Shown: piece after piece, positions 19,086 to 28,821 of the stretch
Layout of the letters: each line of letters opens with the position of its first letter
How positions within the stretch are numbered: the stretch's first letter is position 1
NCBI GenBank assembly: GCA_964548115.1
Contig: CAZJPQ010000017.1
Span: forward strand, 3,399 to 67,398
Direction: 5' to 3'
DNA from: an uncultured Planctomycetaceae bacterium
Lineage (GTDB): Bacteria > Planctomycetota > UBA8742 > UBA2392 > JABWBM01
DNA length: 64,000 nt
The notes under the pieces: model-generated
The model's input: the letters and a program-made list of their open reading frames with translations, nothing else
What the model was told of the DNA's origin: nothing
Database searches by the model: none
Program-made: the position numbers and the translations under genes

Positions 19086-20111
19086 TTACTCCGATGCTAC
19101 AAGTATGATCTTGCCGCAGTTCTTGCGTTCGTGCATGCGCTCGTGAGCAGCCTTAACATCCTCGAAAGAATAGGTTTTATCAATCACCGGCTTGACCTTG
19201 CCTTCCATATAAAGCTCAAGTAGCCGCTGAAGAATAGCTTTAAAGAGTTCCTGCTTATGCCACAACCGCCCAATGTGCAAGCCCAGTATCGACTTGTTAT
19301 CGTTCATCAAACGAAAAGGACTTAACGATGGTACTGACAAGAAAGGCAGCAGAAGCTTCCACCACTGGCGTTTCCTGCCACGGTTTAAATTCGCAAAGCC
19401 ATAAGCCACCAAACGCCCTCCCGGCTTCAGAAGCTGATAGCCCTTAAGCCAGTCCTTTCCTCCCAAGGGATCAAAGATCACATCAAGCCCTTGATTTGAA
19501 GCAAGCTTTAAAACCTCTTGTTTATAATCCTGAAGACGATAATCAATGGGATAATCACACCCCTGTTCCCTTATATATTCATGCTTTGCTCCTGAAGCAG
19601 TACCATAAACTTCAAGATCTTCAACAAGCCTGGACAGCTGCAACAAAGCAGTACCAACCCCACCGGCTGCCATATGAATCAAGACCTGCTCTTTAGGCTG
19701 AACATGGGCAAGATAAAAAAGAGCATAATAAGCCGTAAGGTAATTGACCGGTAGAGCGGCAGCCTGCTCAAAACTCATGCTTTCGGGAATCAGGAAAACC
19801 TGCTCCGAAGGGACACAAACAAGCTCTGCCTGAGCCCCAAAGTTTTTAATCACCATTACCCGCTGGCCGACCTCGACGCCTTCTACTTCAGCTCCTAAGG
19901 CTTGAACGACTCCGGAAGCTTCGTAGCCCAAAATTGTCGGTGGCTTCGGAGCATCAGGATAAAGCCCCTGCCGAGCCATGATATCCGCAAAGTTTAAACC
20001 ACAGGCGTGAATTTGAACAAGAACCTCTCCTGCCCCAGGCTGAGGATCTGGATACTCCTGGAGCTTCAAAACTTCTGGTCCCCCATAACGGGATAAGCAA
20101 ATGGCACGCAT
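19086..20111 (-). CDS. MDR-family NADPH:quinone oxidoreductase (VAT-1-like)
   Basis: 'GLNFADIMARQGLYP', 'GYEASGVV', 'VNYLTAY', 'HMAAGGVG', 'RKNCGKIIL'. Confidence 0.9.
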   Translation of the reverse strand: MRAICLSRYGGPEVLKLQEYPDPQPGAGEVLVQIHACGLNFADIMARQGLYPDAPKPPTILGYEASGVVQALGAEVEGVEVGQRVMVIKNFGAQAELVCVPSEQVFLIPESMSFEQAAALPVNYLTAYYALFYLAHVQPKEQVLIHMAAGGVGTALLQLSRLVEDLEVYGTASGAKHEYIREQGCDYPIDYRLQDYKQEVLKLASNQGLDVIFDPLGGKDWLKGYQLLKPGGRLVAYGFANLNRGRKRQWWKLLLPFLSVPSLSPFRLMNDNKSILGLHIGRLWHKQELFKAILQRLLELYMEGKVKPVIDKTYSFEDVKAAHERMHERKNCGKIILVASE

Positions 20112-20202
20112 ACTTTCTCTCTTTTCCCCTTACCTCTTCAACAAAAACAAAGCCTGTTGAAAAATGAAACTCAAAAACAAACTCTACAGGTCTAAGCTCT
20201 AA

Positions 20203-20244
20203 AAATACAAGGGCTGCCCCCGAACTCCCTCGGAAACAGCCCTT
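20203..20244 (-). terminator. Rho-independent terminator downstream of nrdB
   Basis: Minus strand AAGGGCTGTTTCCG...CGGGGGCAGCCCTT followed by a T-rich tail. The G:U pairs support the minus orientation. Confidence 0.65.
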
Positions 20245-20281
20245 ACAAAAGAAGTCTTGAGATGCTTCCGGAAAGTTAGAC

Positions 20282-21508
20282 CTAATCCCAGTTTAAAGCA
20301 CCACCAGTTTGGTATTCAGTAACCCTTGTCTCAAAGAAGTTCTTCTCTTTGTTCAAGTCAATCACTTCACTCATCCAGGGGAAGGGATTGGTCGCGCCAG
20401 GGTACTGCTCCGTAAGGCCAATTTGCTGGCAACGACGGTTCGCAATGTACTGCAGATAGTCTACAAACATATCAGCGTTTAACCCAAGCACTCCCCGAGG
20501 CATCGTGTCAAAAGCATAACGAATTTCAAGATCAACCCCCTGCCTGATCAAGCTAATGACTTCCTTTTGGAATTCAGGGGTCCAAAGATGCGGGTTCTCA
20601 AGCTTAATCTGATTAATCACATCAATACCATAATTCATATGCATTGACTCATCGCGCATGATGTATTGGAATTGCTCTGATGCTCCAACCATTTTATTAC
20701 GACGTCCAAAAGCTAACATCTGGACAAAACCAACGTAGAAGAAAATACCTTCCATAATCACATAAAAACCAATTAAATTACGAAGCAAACGCTGATCCGT
20801 TTCAGGAGTTCCCGTTTTAAAGTTTGGATCTGCAAGCTCGTCAGTAAATTGCAACTCAAAGGCTGCTTTATCATGTACTGAAGGAATCTCCCGGTACATG
20901 TTAAAGATCTCAGCCTCATCAAGCCCTAGACTCTCAATCACATACTGGTAGGCGTGGGTATGCAAAGCCTCTTCAAAAGCCTGACGCAAGAGGTACTGGC
21001 GACATTCTGGATTCGTAATATGACGATAAACAGCCAACACAAGGTTATTCGCCACCAATGAATCAGCAGTCGAGAAAAAGCCCAGGTTACGCTTAATGAT
21101 ACGACGTTCATCTTCTGTTAACCCACGAGGATTTTTCCACAGCGTGATATCAGAAGTCATATTAATTTCTTGAGGCATCCAATGGTTCGCACAAGCAGCC
21201 AAATACTTATCCCAGGCCCAGTTGTACTTAAATGGCACTAACTGATTAAGGTCTGCTCGACAATTAATAATCTTCTTATCATCAACACGAATACGCGAAG
21301 CCCCCATGGTCACTTCGCTAAACTCAGCGGCTTGTGATGACTGAGCTTGCTTGCCCGCCTCTTCTTTTGCCGAAGCCACGCCAGCTTCCTGCAGCTTACG
21401 TTCAGCTAAAGCTGCAGCACTCATGGCCTTTGTAGCCGCATTCCCTTGAGTCGCTTTACCTTCAGGTGACTTTTCAGCTTTTTTTGGTTCCTCATCCCAT
21501 TCCAACAT
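20282..21508 (-). CDS. nrdB: Ribonucleoside-diphosphate reductase subunit beta (class Ia)
   Basis: 'FFSTADSLV' (Asp ligand), 'EEALHTHAY' (radical Tyr present), 'EGIFFY', 'RDESMH', '[13 protein letters not shown]'. Confidence 0.95.
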   Translation of the reverse strand: MLEWDEEPKKAEKSPEGKATQGNAATKAMSAAALAERKLQEAGVASAKEEAGKQAQSSQAAEFSEVTMGASRIRVDDKKIINCRADLNQLVPFKYNWAWDKYLAACANHWMPQEINMTSDITLWKNPRGLTEDERRIIKRNLGFFSTADSLVANNLVLAVYRHITNPECRQYLLRQAFEEALHTHAYQYVIESLGLDEAEIFNMYREIPSVHDKAAFELQFTDELADPNFKTGTPETDQRLLRNLIGFYVIMEGIFFYVGFVQMLAFGRRNKMVGASEQFQYIMRDESMHMNYGIDVINQIKLENPHLWTPEFQKEVISLIRQGVDLEIRYAFDTMPRGVLGLNADMFVDYLQYIANRRCQQIGLTEQYPGATNPFPWMSEVIDLNKEKNFFETRVTEYQTGGALNWD

Positions 21509-21821
21509 CGTGATTGTTCTCCCTTATCAATACATTTATTCATAACATTAATATTATATTTTTATGCTGCTTCTTTTGCTCTTTCTGATGCGGCTTGATT
21601 ATTGTGTACCCCTGCCTGCTTCTTTCAATTCATAACATAATGGCTTTAGTACATCTCTCCGCAACTTGTTTGAAGAGCTTCCTACTTGTCATAGTAGCCC
21701 CAGCAGCCTCTCACAAAGCGCCACCCAAACAAGTCAATATTCAAGTCGTCCAACAGGCTTGCTTTACTCAAGCATGTTCTTCAAAATGATCTTCGCCTGA
21801 ACCTCTCCCCTTAGGTGCAAA

Positions 21822-24644
21822 CTACTGACAGGCCTCGCACTCAGGATCATCAATAGAACAAGCCCTTGGAGCTGAAGCATGGCTATTCACTGCGTTTAAA
21901 TTTCCAACGGTTACCGTTGATTTTTCAGCATGGGTTGCCCCCAAAGCCCGCAGATAATAGGTTGTTTTCAACCCCTGTTTCCAAGCTAAACGATAGAGCT
22001 CGTCAAGCTTGCGCCCAGAGGGCTCAGCCATATAAAGGTTTAAAGATTGAGCCTGATCAATCCACTTCTGACGACGACTGGCAGCCCCCACTAGCCAACG
22101 GGGCTCAAGCTCAAAGGCTGTAGCATAAAGCTGCTTCAGATCTTCCGGCACGCGCTCAATTTTCTGCAAGCTGCCATCGTAATACTTCAAATCATGAACC
22201 ATGGCATCGTCCCAAAGATCACGTTCTTTCAAAGCAGCAGCCAAATAAGGATTCACAACCGTAAACTCACCCGAAAGATTCGACTTCACATAAAGATTCT
22301 GGTAAGTCGGTTCAATGGATTGGCTCACCCCACAAATATTTGAAATGGTAGCCGTTGGTGCAATCGCTAAACAGTTTGAATTGCGCATGCCATAGGTCGT
22401 AACATGTTCCCGCAGAACTCCCCAATCAAGCTGAGAAGAACGATCAACATCAAGATATTCTTTACCACGTTCATTTTGAAGGATATCAAGACTATCCATG
22501 GGTAAAATTCCGCGGCTCCACAAGGATCCCTTAAAGGTTGAATAGCTGCCTCGCTCACGGGCAAGTTCCGAAGAAGCCATAATTGCATTGTAACTGATGA
22601 GCTCCATGGAAGCATCGGCAAACTCAAGGGCTTGCTCCGAAGCATAAGCAATGTTCTGCTTATAAAGAGCATCTTGAAAACCCATAACCCCAAGACCTAT
22701 AGGACGGTGGCGTAAATTTGAACGACGAGCTTGAGGAACACTGTAGTAGTTAATATCGATCACATTATCAAGCATACGAATAGCGGTTTTCACCGTTTTT
22801 TGCAGCTTTTCTTCGTTAATGCCATTCTCATCAACATGGGCTGGCAAGTTAATCGAACCGAGATTACAAACGGCAATTTCATCATCCGAGGTATTTAAAG
22901 TAATTTCTGTACACAGATTAGAACTATGAATCACCCCCTTATGACTTTGAGGAGAACGGACATTACAAGCATCCTTAAAGGTGATCCATGGGTGGCCTGT
23001 CTCATAAAGCATTGAAAGCATCTTGCGCCATAAGCCTAAAGCTTCGATCTCTTTGAAGACCTTGAGCTCTCCTCGAGAGGCCTTATCTTCACAAAGAAGG
23101 TAAGCCTGCTCGAAAGCCCGACCACTTTTCTCATGGAGTTCAGGGACCTCATCAGGCGAAAAGAGCGTCCATTTCCCACCCTCCTCAACTCGCTTCATGA
23201 AAAGATCCGGAATCCAGTTGGCCGTGTTCATATCATGGGTACGGCGACGATCATCACCCGTATTCTTGCGTAGCTCTAAAAACTCTTCAACATCGATGTG
23301 CCAACTTTCAAGATAACCACAAACAGCTCCCTTACGCTTTCCTCCTTGATTAACGGCAACCGCTGTATCATTGGCAACCTTCATGAAAGGGATAGAGCCC
23401 TGGGACTTCCCGTTGGTACCTTCTATATAGGCCCCCATACCACGTACCCGAGTCCAGTCGTTCCCAAGACCACCAGAAAATTTGGCCAATAAAGCATTAT
23501 CTGTAATGGCATTAAAAATACCTCGCAGATCATCAGGGATCGTTGTTAAAAAACAACTGGAAAGCTGAGGCCGTGGTGTGCCAGCGTTGAAAAGGGTTGG
23601 GGTTGAGCTCATGAATTCAAACTGAGAAAGGACATCATAAAACTTCAAGACCTGTTTCTCACGCTCGACTTCATTTAAGCAAAGCCCCATGGCCACGCGC
23701 ATAAAAAGCATTTGAGGTAATTCAAAACGCACTTCGTTAGAATGCAGGAAATACCGATCGTAAAGTGTTTGCAAACCAAGATAGGTGAAATTGAAATCAC
23801 GTTCCGGCTTAATACCCTCCACAATCTTTTCAAGGTCAAAATCGGCAAGCTTCTTATCAAGCAAACCAAGCTCAATGCCACGTTCAACATAACTTAAAAA
23901 ATATTGCTTATAGCTCTTTGCCATTTCCTCGCCAGTAAGCTCCTGAGGATCACCACTCAAAAAGGTAATAGCCTCCCGCCGTAACTGATGCAACAAAAGT
24001 CTTGAAGCGACATAGGTATAATTAGGCTCTTGCTCAATCAATTGACGAGCACACATAATAAGAGCTTGAGAAACTTCTTCCTCGGGAATTCCTTTATAAA
24101 GGTTTTTAAGGGTTGCTTTGATAAGGTCTTGGCTCGAACAACCTTCTAACCCAAGGCAAGCTTCTTCTACAATTTTTTCAAGGCGTTCCTGATCAAGAGA
24201 AGCATCACTGCCGTCTCGAAGACGGACCTGGATCCTCGCTGTATCCTTCTTAAGCTGAGCCTGCTCCTGAGCACGCTTATTTGAACGCTCTTCGCGATAA
24301 AGCACATAAGCACGGGCAACCTTATAATGCCCCTCACGCATGAACCAAAGCTCAACATGGTCCTGAATTTCTTCAATGTGAATAGCTGCCCCCTGAGCCC
24401 GGTGACGAGTCAAACTATTCACCACCAACTCAGTCAAATGATCCACCAGCGCATGAGTACTTTGAGCACTCTTTCCACTACTGCCCTCAACAGCAACAAA
24501 TGCCTTCTTCATGGCAGTTGAAATTTTATCAGCACTAAAATCAACAACATCACCAGAGCGACGAATCACACGATAACCCTGGCCAAGTTGGCTATTCTTT
24601 CGTTCTGTAGTTAAAGCACCTGATGCTTGAAATCCCTCCGACAT
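21822..24644 (-). CDS. nrdA: Ribonucleoside-diphosphate reductase subunit alpha with two N-terminal ATP-cone-like domains
   Basis: 'TPTLFNAG', 'LSSCF', 'SNLCTEI', 'VCNLGS', 'APTATIS', 'KTTYYLR' and C-terminal 'CEACQ'. Confidence 0.96.
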   Translation of the reverse strand: MSEGFQASGALTTERKNSQLGQGYRVIRRSGDVVDFSADKISTAMKKAFVAVEGSSGKSAQSTHALVDHLTELVVNSLTRHRAQGAAIHIEEIQDHVELWFMREGHYKVARAYVLYREERSNKRAQEQAQLKKDTARIQVRLRDGSDASLDQERLEKIVEEACLGLEGCSSQDLIKATLKNLYKGIPEEEVSQALIMCARQLIEQEPNYTYVASRLLLHQLRREAITFLSGDPQELTGEEMAKSYKQYFLSYVERGIELGLLDKKLADFDLEKIVEGIKPERDFNFTYLGLQTLYDRYFLHSNEVRFELPQMLFMRVAMGLCLNEVEREKQVLKFYDVLSQFEFMSSTPTLFNAGTPRPQLSSCFLTTIPDDLRGIFNAITDNALLAKFSGGLGNDWTRVRGMGAYIEGTNGKSQGSIPFMKVANDTAVAVNQGGKRKGAVCGYLESWHIDVEEFLELRKNTGDDRRRTHDMNTANWIPDLFMKRVEEGGKWTLFSPDEVPELHEKSGRAFEQAYLLCEDKASRGELKVFKEIEALGLWRKMLSMLYETGHPWITFKDACNVRSPQSHKGVIHSSNLCTEITLNTSDDEIAVCNLGSINLPAHVDENGINEEKLQKTVKTAIRMLDNVIDINYYSVPQARRSNLRHRPIGLGVMGFQDALYKQNIAYASEQALEFADASMELISYNAIMASSELARERGSYSTFKGSLWSRGILPMDSLDILQNERGKEYLDVDRSSQLDWGVLREHVTTYGMRNSNCLAIAPTATISNICGVSQSIEPTYQNLYVKSNLSGEFTVVNPYLAAALKERDLWDDAMVHDLKYYDGSLQKIERVPEDLKQLYATAFELEPRWLVGAASRRQKWIDQAQSLNLYMAEPSGRKLDELYRLAWKQGLKTTYYLRALGATHAEKSTVTVGNLNAVNSHASAPRACSIDDPECEACQ

Positions 24645-24929
24645 GTTCTCCCTTTCATGATCTGCTTACTTGTTCATAGCTTAAGACTCAAATGACAAGA
24701 TGAACCCCTTAAGCAATTTTCTTAACGTTCTTTCTTCAATCTACATTCTTGGTATGTTCTTGTATTTTTCCTTCAATTACTTCGCTACTCTGCAAGCCCC
24801 CGTTACCTATAAAAATCAGGGACACAATACATACAATCTCGACGACTTTTCTTTCTGAAACTCTTGAAAAAGAGCTCAAAATATTCAATGAAAAGTGCTA
24901 AGTCTTTACAATAAAGAAACTTAGGTCTA

Positions 24930-25020
24930 ACCCTAGATAGTGTGGTACTGCCATCGCCTTAGAACCACATATTGGTGTGTCCACTATACACAAGAGGTTC
25001 TCTCATACAAGATAGTATAT
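24930..25020. promoter_or_regulatory. Tandem NrdR boxes upstream of nrdA
   Basis: ACCCTAGATAGTGTGG (24930-24945), GAACCACATATTGGTG (24962-24977) and a weaker ATACAAGATAGTATAT (25005-25020) resemble acaCwAtATaTwGtgt. The first two are 32 bp apart, typical of NrdR box pairs. Confidence 0.7.
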
Positions 25021-25565
25021 ATATCGTATATCGTTACTCGCTGTAAAACAGGTCCCCCCACTATGCATAAGAAGCTTTTATGCAACACTTTATGCAACAC
25101 AAAAAAGTCTTCATTTTTGAGAAGAAAAGTTATTCTTTATTATAAAAAGAGGATCCCTTCCCATTATTTCTTGATTTCCAAGGTTCCATCAGAGTCATTT
25201 TTTCTTTTAAAATTTCTCTTTCTCTTTTTATCTCTATGAGTAAAAAACTTTTGCTTCTCCATAACCCCCCATTGACTATCCAAGATCTCTCTGCACTTTA
25301 CGACCAGCTTCTTTTCTCCTTTTCATATGAGAATTACGAGAAAAATACCCACTTGTCATTTTCAGGTTGAAAGACCTGAAAAACACTGTCAAAGAAGTGT
25401 GAAAGCCATGTGGAAAACTATAGCAAAAAACCCCACAAAGGAGGTTCTCTTGAGATAACCTTGGAAAGCTTATAGTAAAGCTCAGGATTCTCTGTCATAA
25501 TGAAAGAGCAATTCGTATGAGCGTAGAAAGAAACAATTCAAAAACCTTACCTACTTACAAATTCC

Positions 25566-26621
25566 ATGAGCTCTATTTACCAAAGCCTTGCGACTTCACC
25601 TGATGAAAGTTTCGATGAAAACTTACGGCCACAGGAATTAAAGCATTTCATCGGACAAGAAAAGGTCGTAGAAAATCTACGTCTTTATATTCAAGCTGCC
25701 CGCGGGCGGGGTGAAGCTCTTGATCACGTGCTCTTTTCTGGCCAGCCAGGGCTTGGCAAAACGACTTTAGCTCGGCTTATTGCTTCTGAAATGGCTGTTG
25801 GCATTAAAGAGTGTAGCGCCCCAACACTTGAGCGGGCTGGTGATCTGGTCGGTCTTCTGACTTCACTCGACCAGGCTGATGTGCTCTTTATAGATGAAAT
25901 TCACCGCCTGCCGGTGAGCATTGAAGAGTATCTTTACTCCGCGATGGAAGACGGCCATGTTGATGTTATGCTTGATACTGGGCCTGCGGCTAGAAGTGTG
26001 CGGATTGAGCTTAAAGCATTCACTTTAGTAGGGGCTACAACTCGAGAAGGCTTGCTGGCAGCTCCTTTCCGAGCGCGCTTTGGAGTGCTTGAAAGACTTG
26101 AGCCTTACTCCATTGAAAGGCTGGTAGAAATTCTCCAGCGCTCGGCCCGAATTTTTGATTTGGAGATGGGGGTTGAGGCTGCAAAATTACTTGCTATGCG
26201 AGCACGTGGAACGCCTCGAATTGCGAATCGAATTCTCAGACGTGTACGAGACGTCGCTCAGGTTAAAGGTGGCAATAAGATTGATCTTGAAGTTGCTCAA
26301 GAAGGTCTTGAACGCCTTGGGATTGACCAGCATGGCCTTACGCTCCTTGATCGAAAAATTCTTCATGTGCTGGGTCGTAACCAAAATAAGCCGGTTGGGC
26401 TTAAGACGCTGGCAACGGCTATTGGCGAGGTGGAAGATACGATCGAAGATGTCTATGAACCCTTCTTGATCCAGCAGGGGATTATTTCAAAAACCGCTCG
26501 AGGACGGACCCTGACGCCCTATGGACAGAAAATTATGGGATTTGAAACAGAAGCTTCAGCCAGCCCTTCAAAGGAGGAAACGCCAGACTCCTCTTCTCCT
26601 CAAGCTCGCAAACTTTTTTAG
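25566..26621 (+). CDS. ruvB: Holliday junction branch migration DNA helicase RuvB
   Basis: 'LRPQEL..FIGQ', 'GQPGLGKTT', 'LFIDEIHR', 'FTLVGATT', 'RGTPRIANR', 'EPFL'. Confidence 0.97.
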   Translation: MSSIYQSLATSPDESFDENLRPQELKHFIGQEKVVENLRLYIQAARGRGEALDHVLFSGQPGLGKTTLARLIASEMAVGIKECSAPTLERAGDLVGLLTSLDQADVLFIDEIHRLPVSIEEYLYSAMEDGHVDVMLDTGPAARSVRIELKAFTLVGATTREGLLAAPFRARFGVLERLEPYSIERLVEILQRSARIFDLEMGVEAAKLLAMRARGTPRIANRILRRVRDVAQVKGGNKIDLEVAQEGLERLGIDQHGLTLLDRKILHVLGRNQNKPVGLKTLATAIGEVEDTIEDVYEPFLIQQGIISKTARGRTLTPYGQKIMGFETEASASPSKEETPDSSSPQARKLF

Positions 26622-26756
26622 CCTCAAATAGCTCCATAATCAGTCACAAATTAGAGATGAAAGAACTTTCATTTTATTGGAACCATGGAAACCATAGTTT
26701 TGCAGATCGTTCTTTATTTTACAGAACCCCCTAGTTTAGGAACTAAAGAGGACAAA

Positions 26757-27046
26757 ATGATGAGTGATAGCATTTCAATTCTATTTATGAGCGATTAGAA
26801 TCAATTGAAGAAGCTATCAGAATGAGTGATAGTGATATGGGCGCTATTGTTGAACGCTTAGAAAACACAGAAAAACAGCTTCATCAAATTTCAGAAGGGC
26901 TTTTAACAAACCATGAGCCTAAGAAACTTGAGAAAGCATACAAGCGATCTCGCTTCTTATGGGCTTTGTTGATCATATTTGTATCGTGCTGGCTTCTTGT
27001 CTTCTTCCCAGAAGCTCTTGTAGACGCAAAAAATATGCTTCAATAA
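26757..27046 (+). CDS. Small coiled-coil, C-terminally anchored membrane protein; apparently frameshifted near its 5' end
   Basis: ORF 26822-27046 has a TM helix. The RBS AGAGG and ATG at 26757 are out of frame by 1 nt, and the upstream frame encodes a second copy of the MSDS...ERLE unit. Confidence 0.55.
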
Positions 27047-27156
27047 TCCCCTGTCTCACCTAACCTTGAACCAATTCCCCGAACCAACATCCTGCCGCAG
27101 CTCCCTCTACGCTGAGCTTGCTGCCATACGAATTATTGAAGGCTTAGAGCATCATC

Positions 27157-28752
27157 CTAACGAGGATCGACATAAAGACGAGCTTGAGATTCCGGCAACA
27201 CCTGAAAGCGGATATACTTGCGAGACTCTCGATAGTGTTGGTCAAAGACAAGCCCACCACCACCAATCACAAGGTCCGTATTAGGTTGAACCTTGTCATG
27301 AATAACAACTCCCATGTCCTTGAGAATCTCTTCAAGCTGGAACTTTCCATATCTGGTGTAGGGAGCGCCCCAATATCGCCCGTGCAAAGCCACAGAAAGA
27401 TATTTTCCCTGGGACCAGAAAACGTTTATGATCGAATCTCCTTCGTGAATCTTTCCTTCTTCGCCATCAAGCCTATCCAGAATCACACACAGAGAAAAAG
27501 AAGGGCTGAGAGTTCGAATCACCTCCACAACAGCTTTAGACGATTGTTTCACATTTTCTTCTCCAGCAGGATAAACCTCGAAACGCATGCCAGGAAGCAC
27601 GCCATCATCTGAACCAAGACTGATATGACAACGCCGCGAGTCTCGATCAAGATAGGTAATCCTGCCATCAATATCCCCCACCTCAGAGATCAAGAATTGA
27701 TCACCTACCTCTTTATTTTCCTGGAGCAGACGATGGAAATCAGCAGCATCTTGTTCGTGAGCAGTCACTTCTTGCTTATAGCGCCTGATCATCTGCTGCA
27801 AACGTTCGATACTTTGATCCTTTGGTGACTCCACGTCTTCTGCAAGCTCGCGCCAACCTGACTCAAAGCTCTCTGTTCGTGTACGAATAGTATTAATCAC
27901 GTCAGTGTTTTTATCATGGATGCCATCAAGATCCTTAAGCTGTTTATCAACCTGAATGACAAGCTCATCCATGCTGGTTTTAAATTGTTTCCAGCCATCA
28001 ACCTTGCCATAAAGCAAAATATACTGCTTTGCGGTTGCCTCTGCCAAGACCCCAATAAGCTCATACTGCAAACGTATGATCGATTCGATAGTCGGACGCT
28101 GAGAACGATGAAGACGAAGATCTTGTGGCTCTTCTTGACCTTCAAAACGCTTTAAAGCATCATCAAGTACCGCCTGATCCTGAGGTCGCACAAACTCACT
28201 ATCTTCTGCAGAAGCATCACGACGTAATTTTTGAAGAGCTGCAATAGTCGCCCCCTCACCTTCGTTACCCTTTGCAGCTATTGCATCTTTCAAACTATAG
28301 TAATGATCATAAAGCTTCCAAGCCAGGTTACGCACCATCTCTTGACGCCATTGAGCAAGAGCCTTGCCCTCTCCTCGCATATCAGAGATGCTGTTGCCCC
28401 CCATATCGTTGAGAACGCTTTGCTCGTATTCTGCCCACTCCTTCATGAAAGGCCGAATTTCCTGGTTTTCTAAAGTTGGCAAACCTCGAACCGGTTGAGA
28501 AACGGGAACAGGCTTAAATATTCCATACCCACTGCGCTCTATTAAAAGACGCATCTCTTCTTTAAAATCAGCATGTTCCGCTTCAATTCTTTTAATACTA
28601 TTCTGGGCTTGCTGAACAATTGGCTTTTGAAGCTTATCAAGGGAAACAAGATAAGCATACGCAACTATTCCAAAGAGCAACACTGGAGAAAGCCAGGCTG
28701 TTATAAGCCATGGCCACGTAAATACCCGTTGACGGTCTTCTTTTGCTTGCAT
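27157..28752 (-). CDS. Membrane-anchored coiled-coil protein with C-terminal beta-barrel and BRCT-like domains (paralog 1)
   Basis: N-terminal TM, long coiled coil, 'DGRITYLD...ISLGSDDGVLPGMRFEV...GDSIIN', then BRCT-like 'LEEILKDMGVVIHDKVQPNTDLVIGG'. Confidence 0.75.
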   Translation of the reverse strand: MQAKEDRQRVFTWPWLITAWLSPVLLFGIVAYAYLVSLDKLQKPIVQQAQNSIKRIEAEHADFKEEMRLLIERSGYGIFKPVPVSQPVRGLPTLENQEIRPFMKEWAEYEQSVLNDMGGNSISDMRGEGKALAQWRQEMVRNLAWKLYDHYYSLKDAIAAKGNEGEGATIAALQKLRRDASAEDSEFVRPQDQAVLDDALKRFEGQEEPQDLRLHRSQRPTIESIIRLQYELIGVLAEATAKQYILLYGKVDGWKQFKTSMDELVIQVDKQLKDLDGIHDKNTDVINTIRTRTESFESGWRELAEDVESPKDQSIERLQQMIRRYKQEVTAHEQDAADFHRLLQENKEVGDQFLISEVGDIDGRITYLDRDSRRCHISLGSDDGVLPGMRFEVYPAGEENVKQSSKAVVEVIRTLSPSFSLCVILDRLDGEEGKIHEGDSIINVFWSQGKYLSVALHGRYWGAPYTRYGKFQLEEILKDMGVVIHDKVQPNTDLVIGGGGLVFDQHYRESRKYIRFQVLPESQARLYVDPR

Positions 28753-28821
28753 ACTCGCCTCTATTATACTCTTTTATCTGTAATACATATATGCAACACA
28801 ACATCTGTGCAGCACAAAGAA

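Noticed and set aside
20282-21508. Class Ic (Mn/Fe, Chlamydia-type) R2 subunit
   Set aside because: The sequence is of the related subgroup but keeps the Asp ligand (TADS) and the radical Tyr (HTHAY), so it is class Ia.
24940-25239. 99-aa ORF and other short antisense or alternate-frame ORFs
   Set aside because: It overlaps the NrdR boxes and low-complexity AT-rich DNA. The other short ORFs are shadows of well-supported genes.
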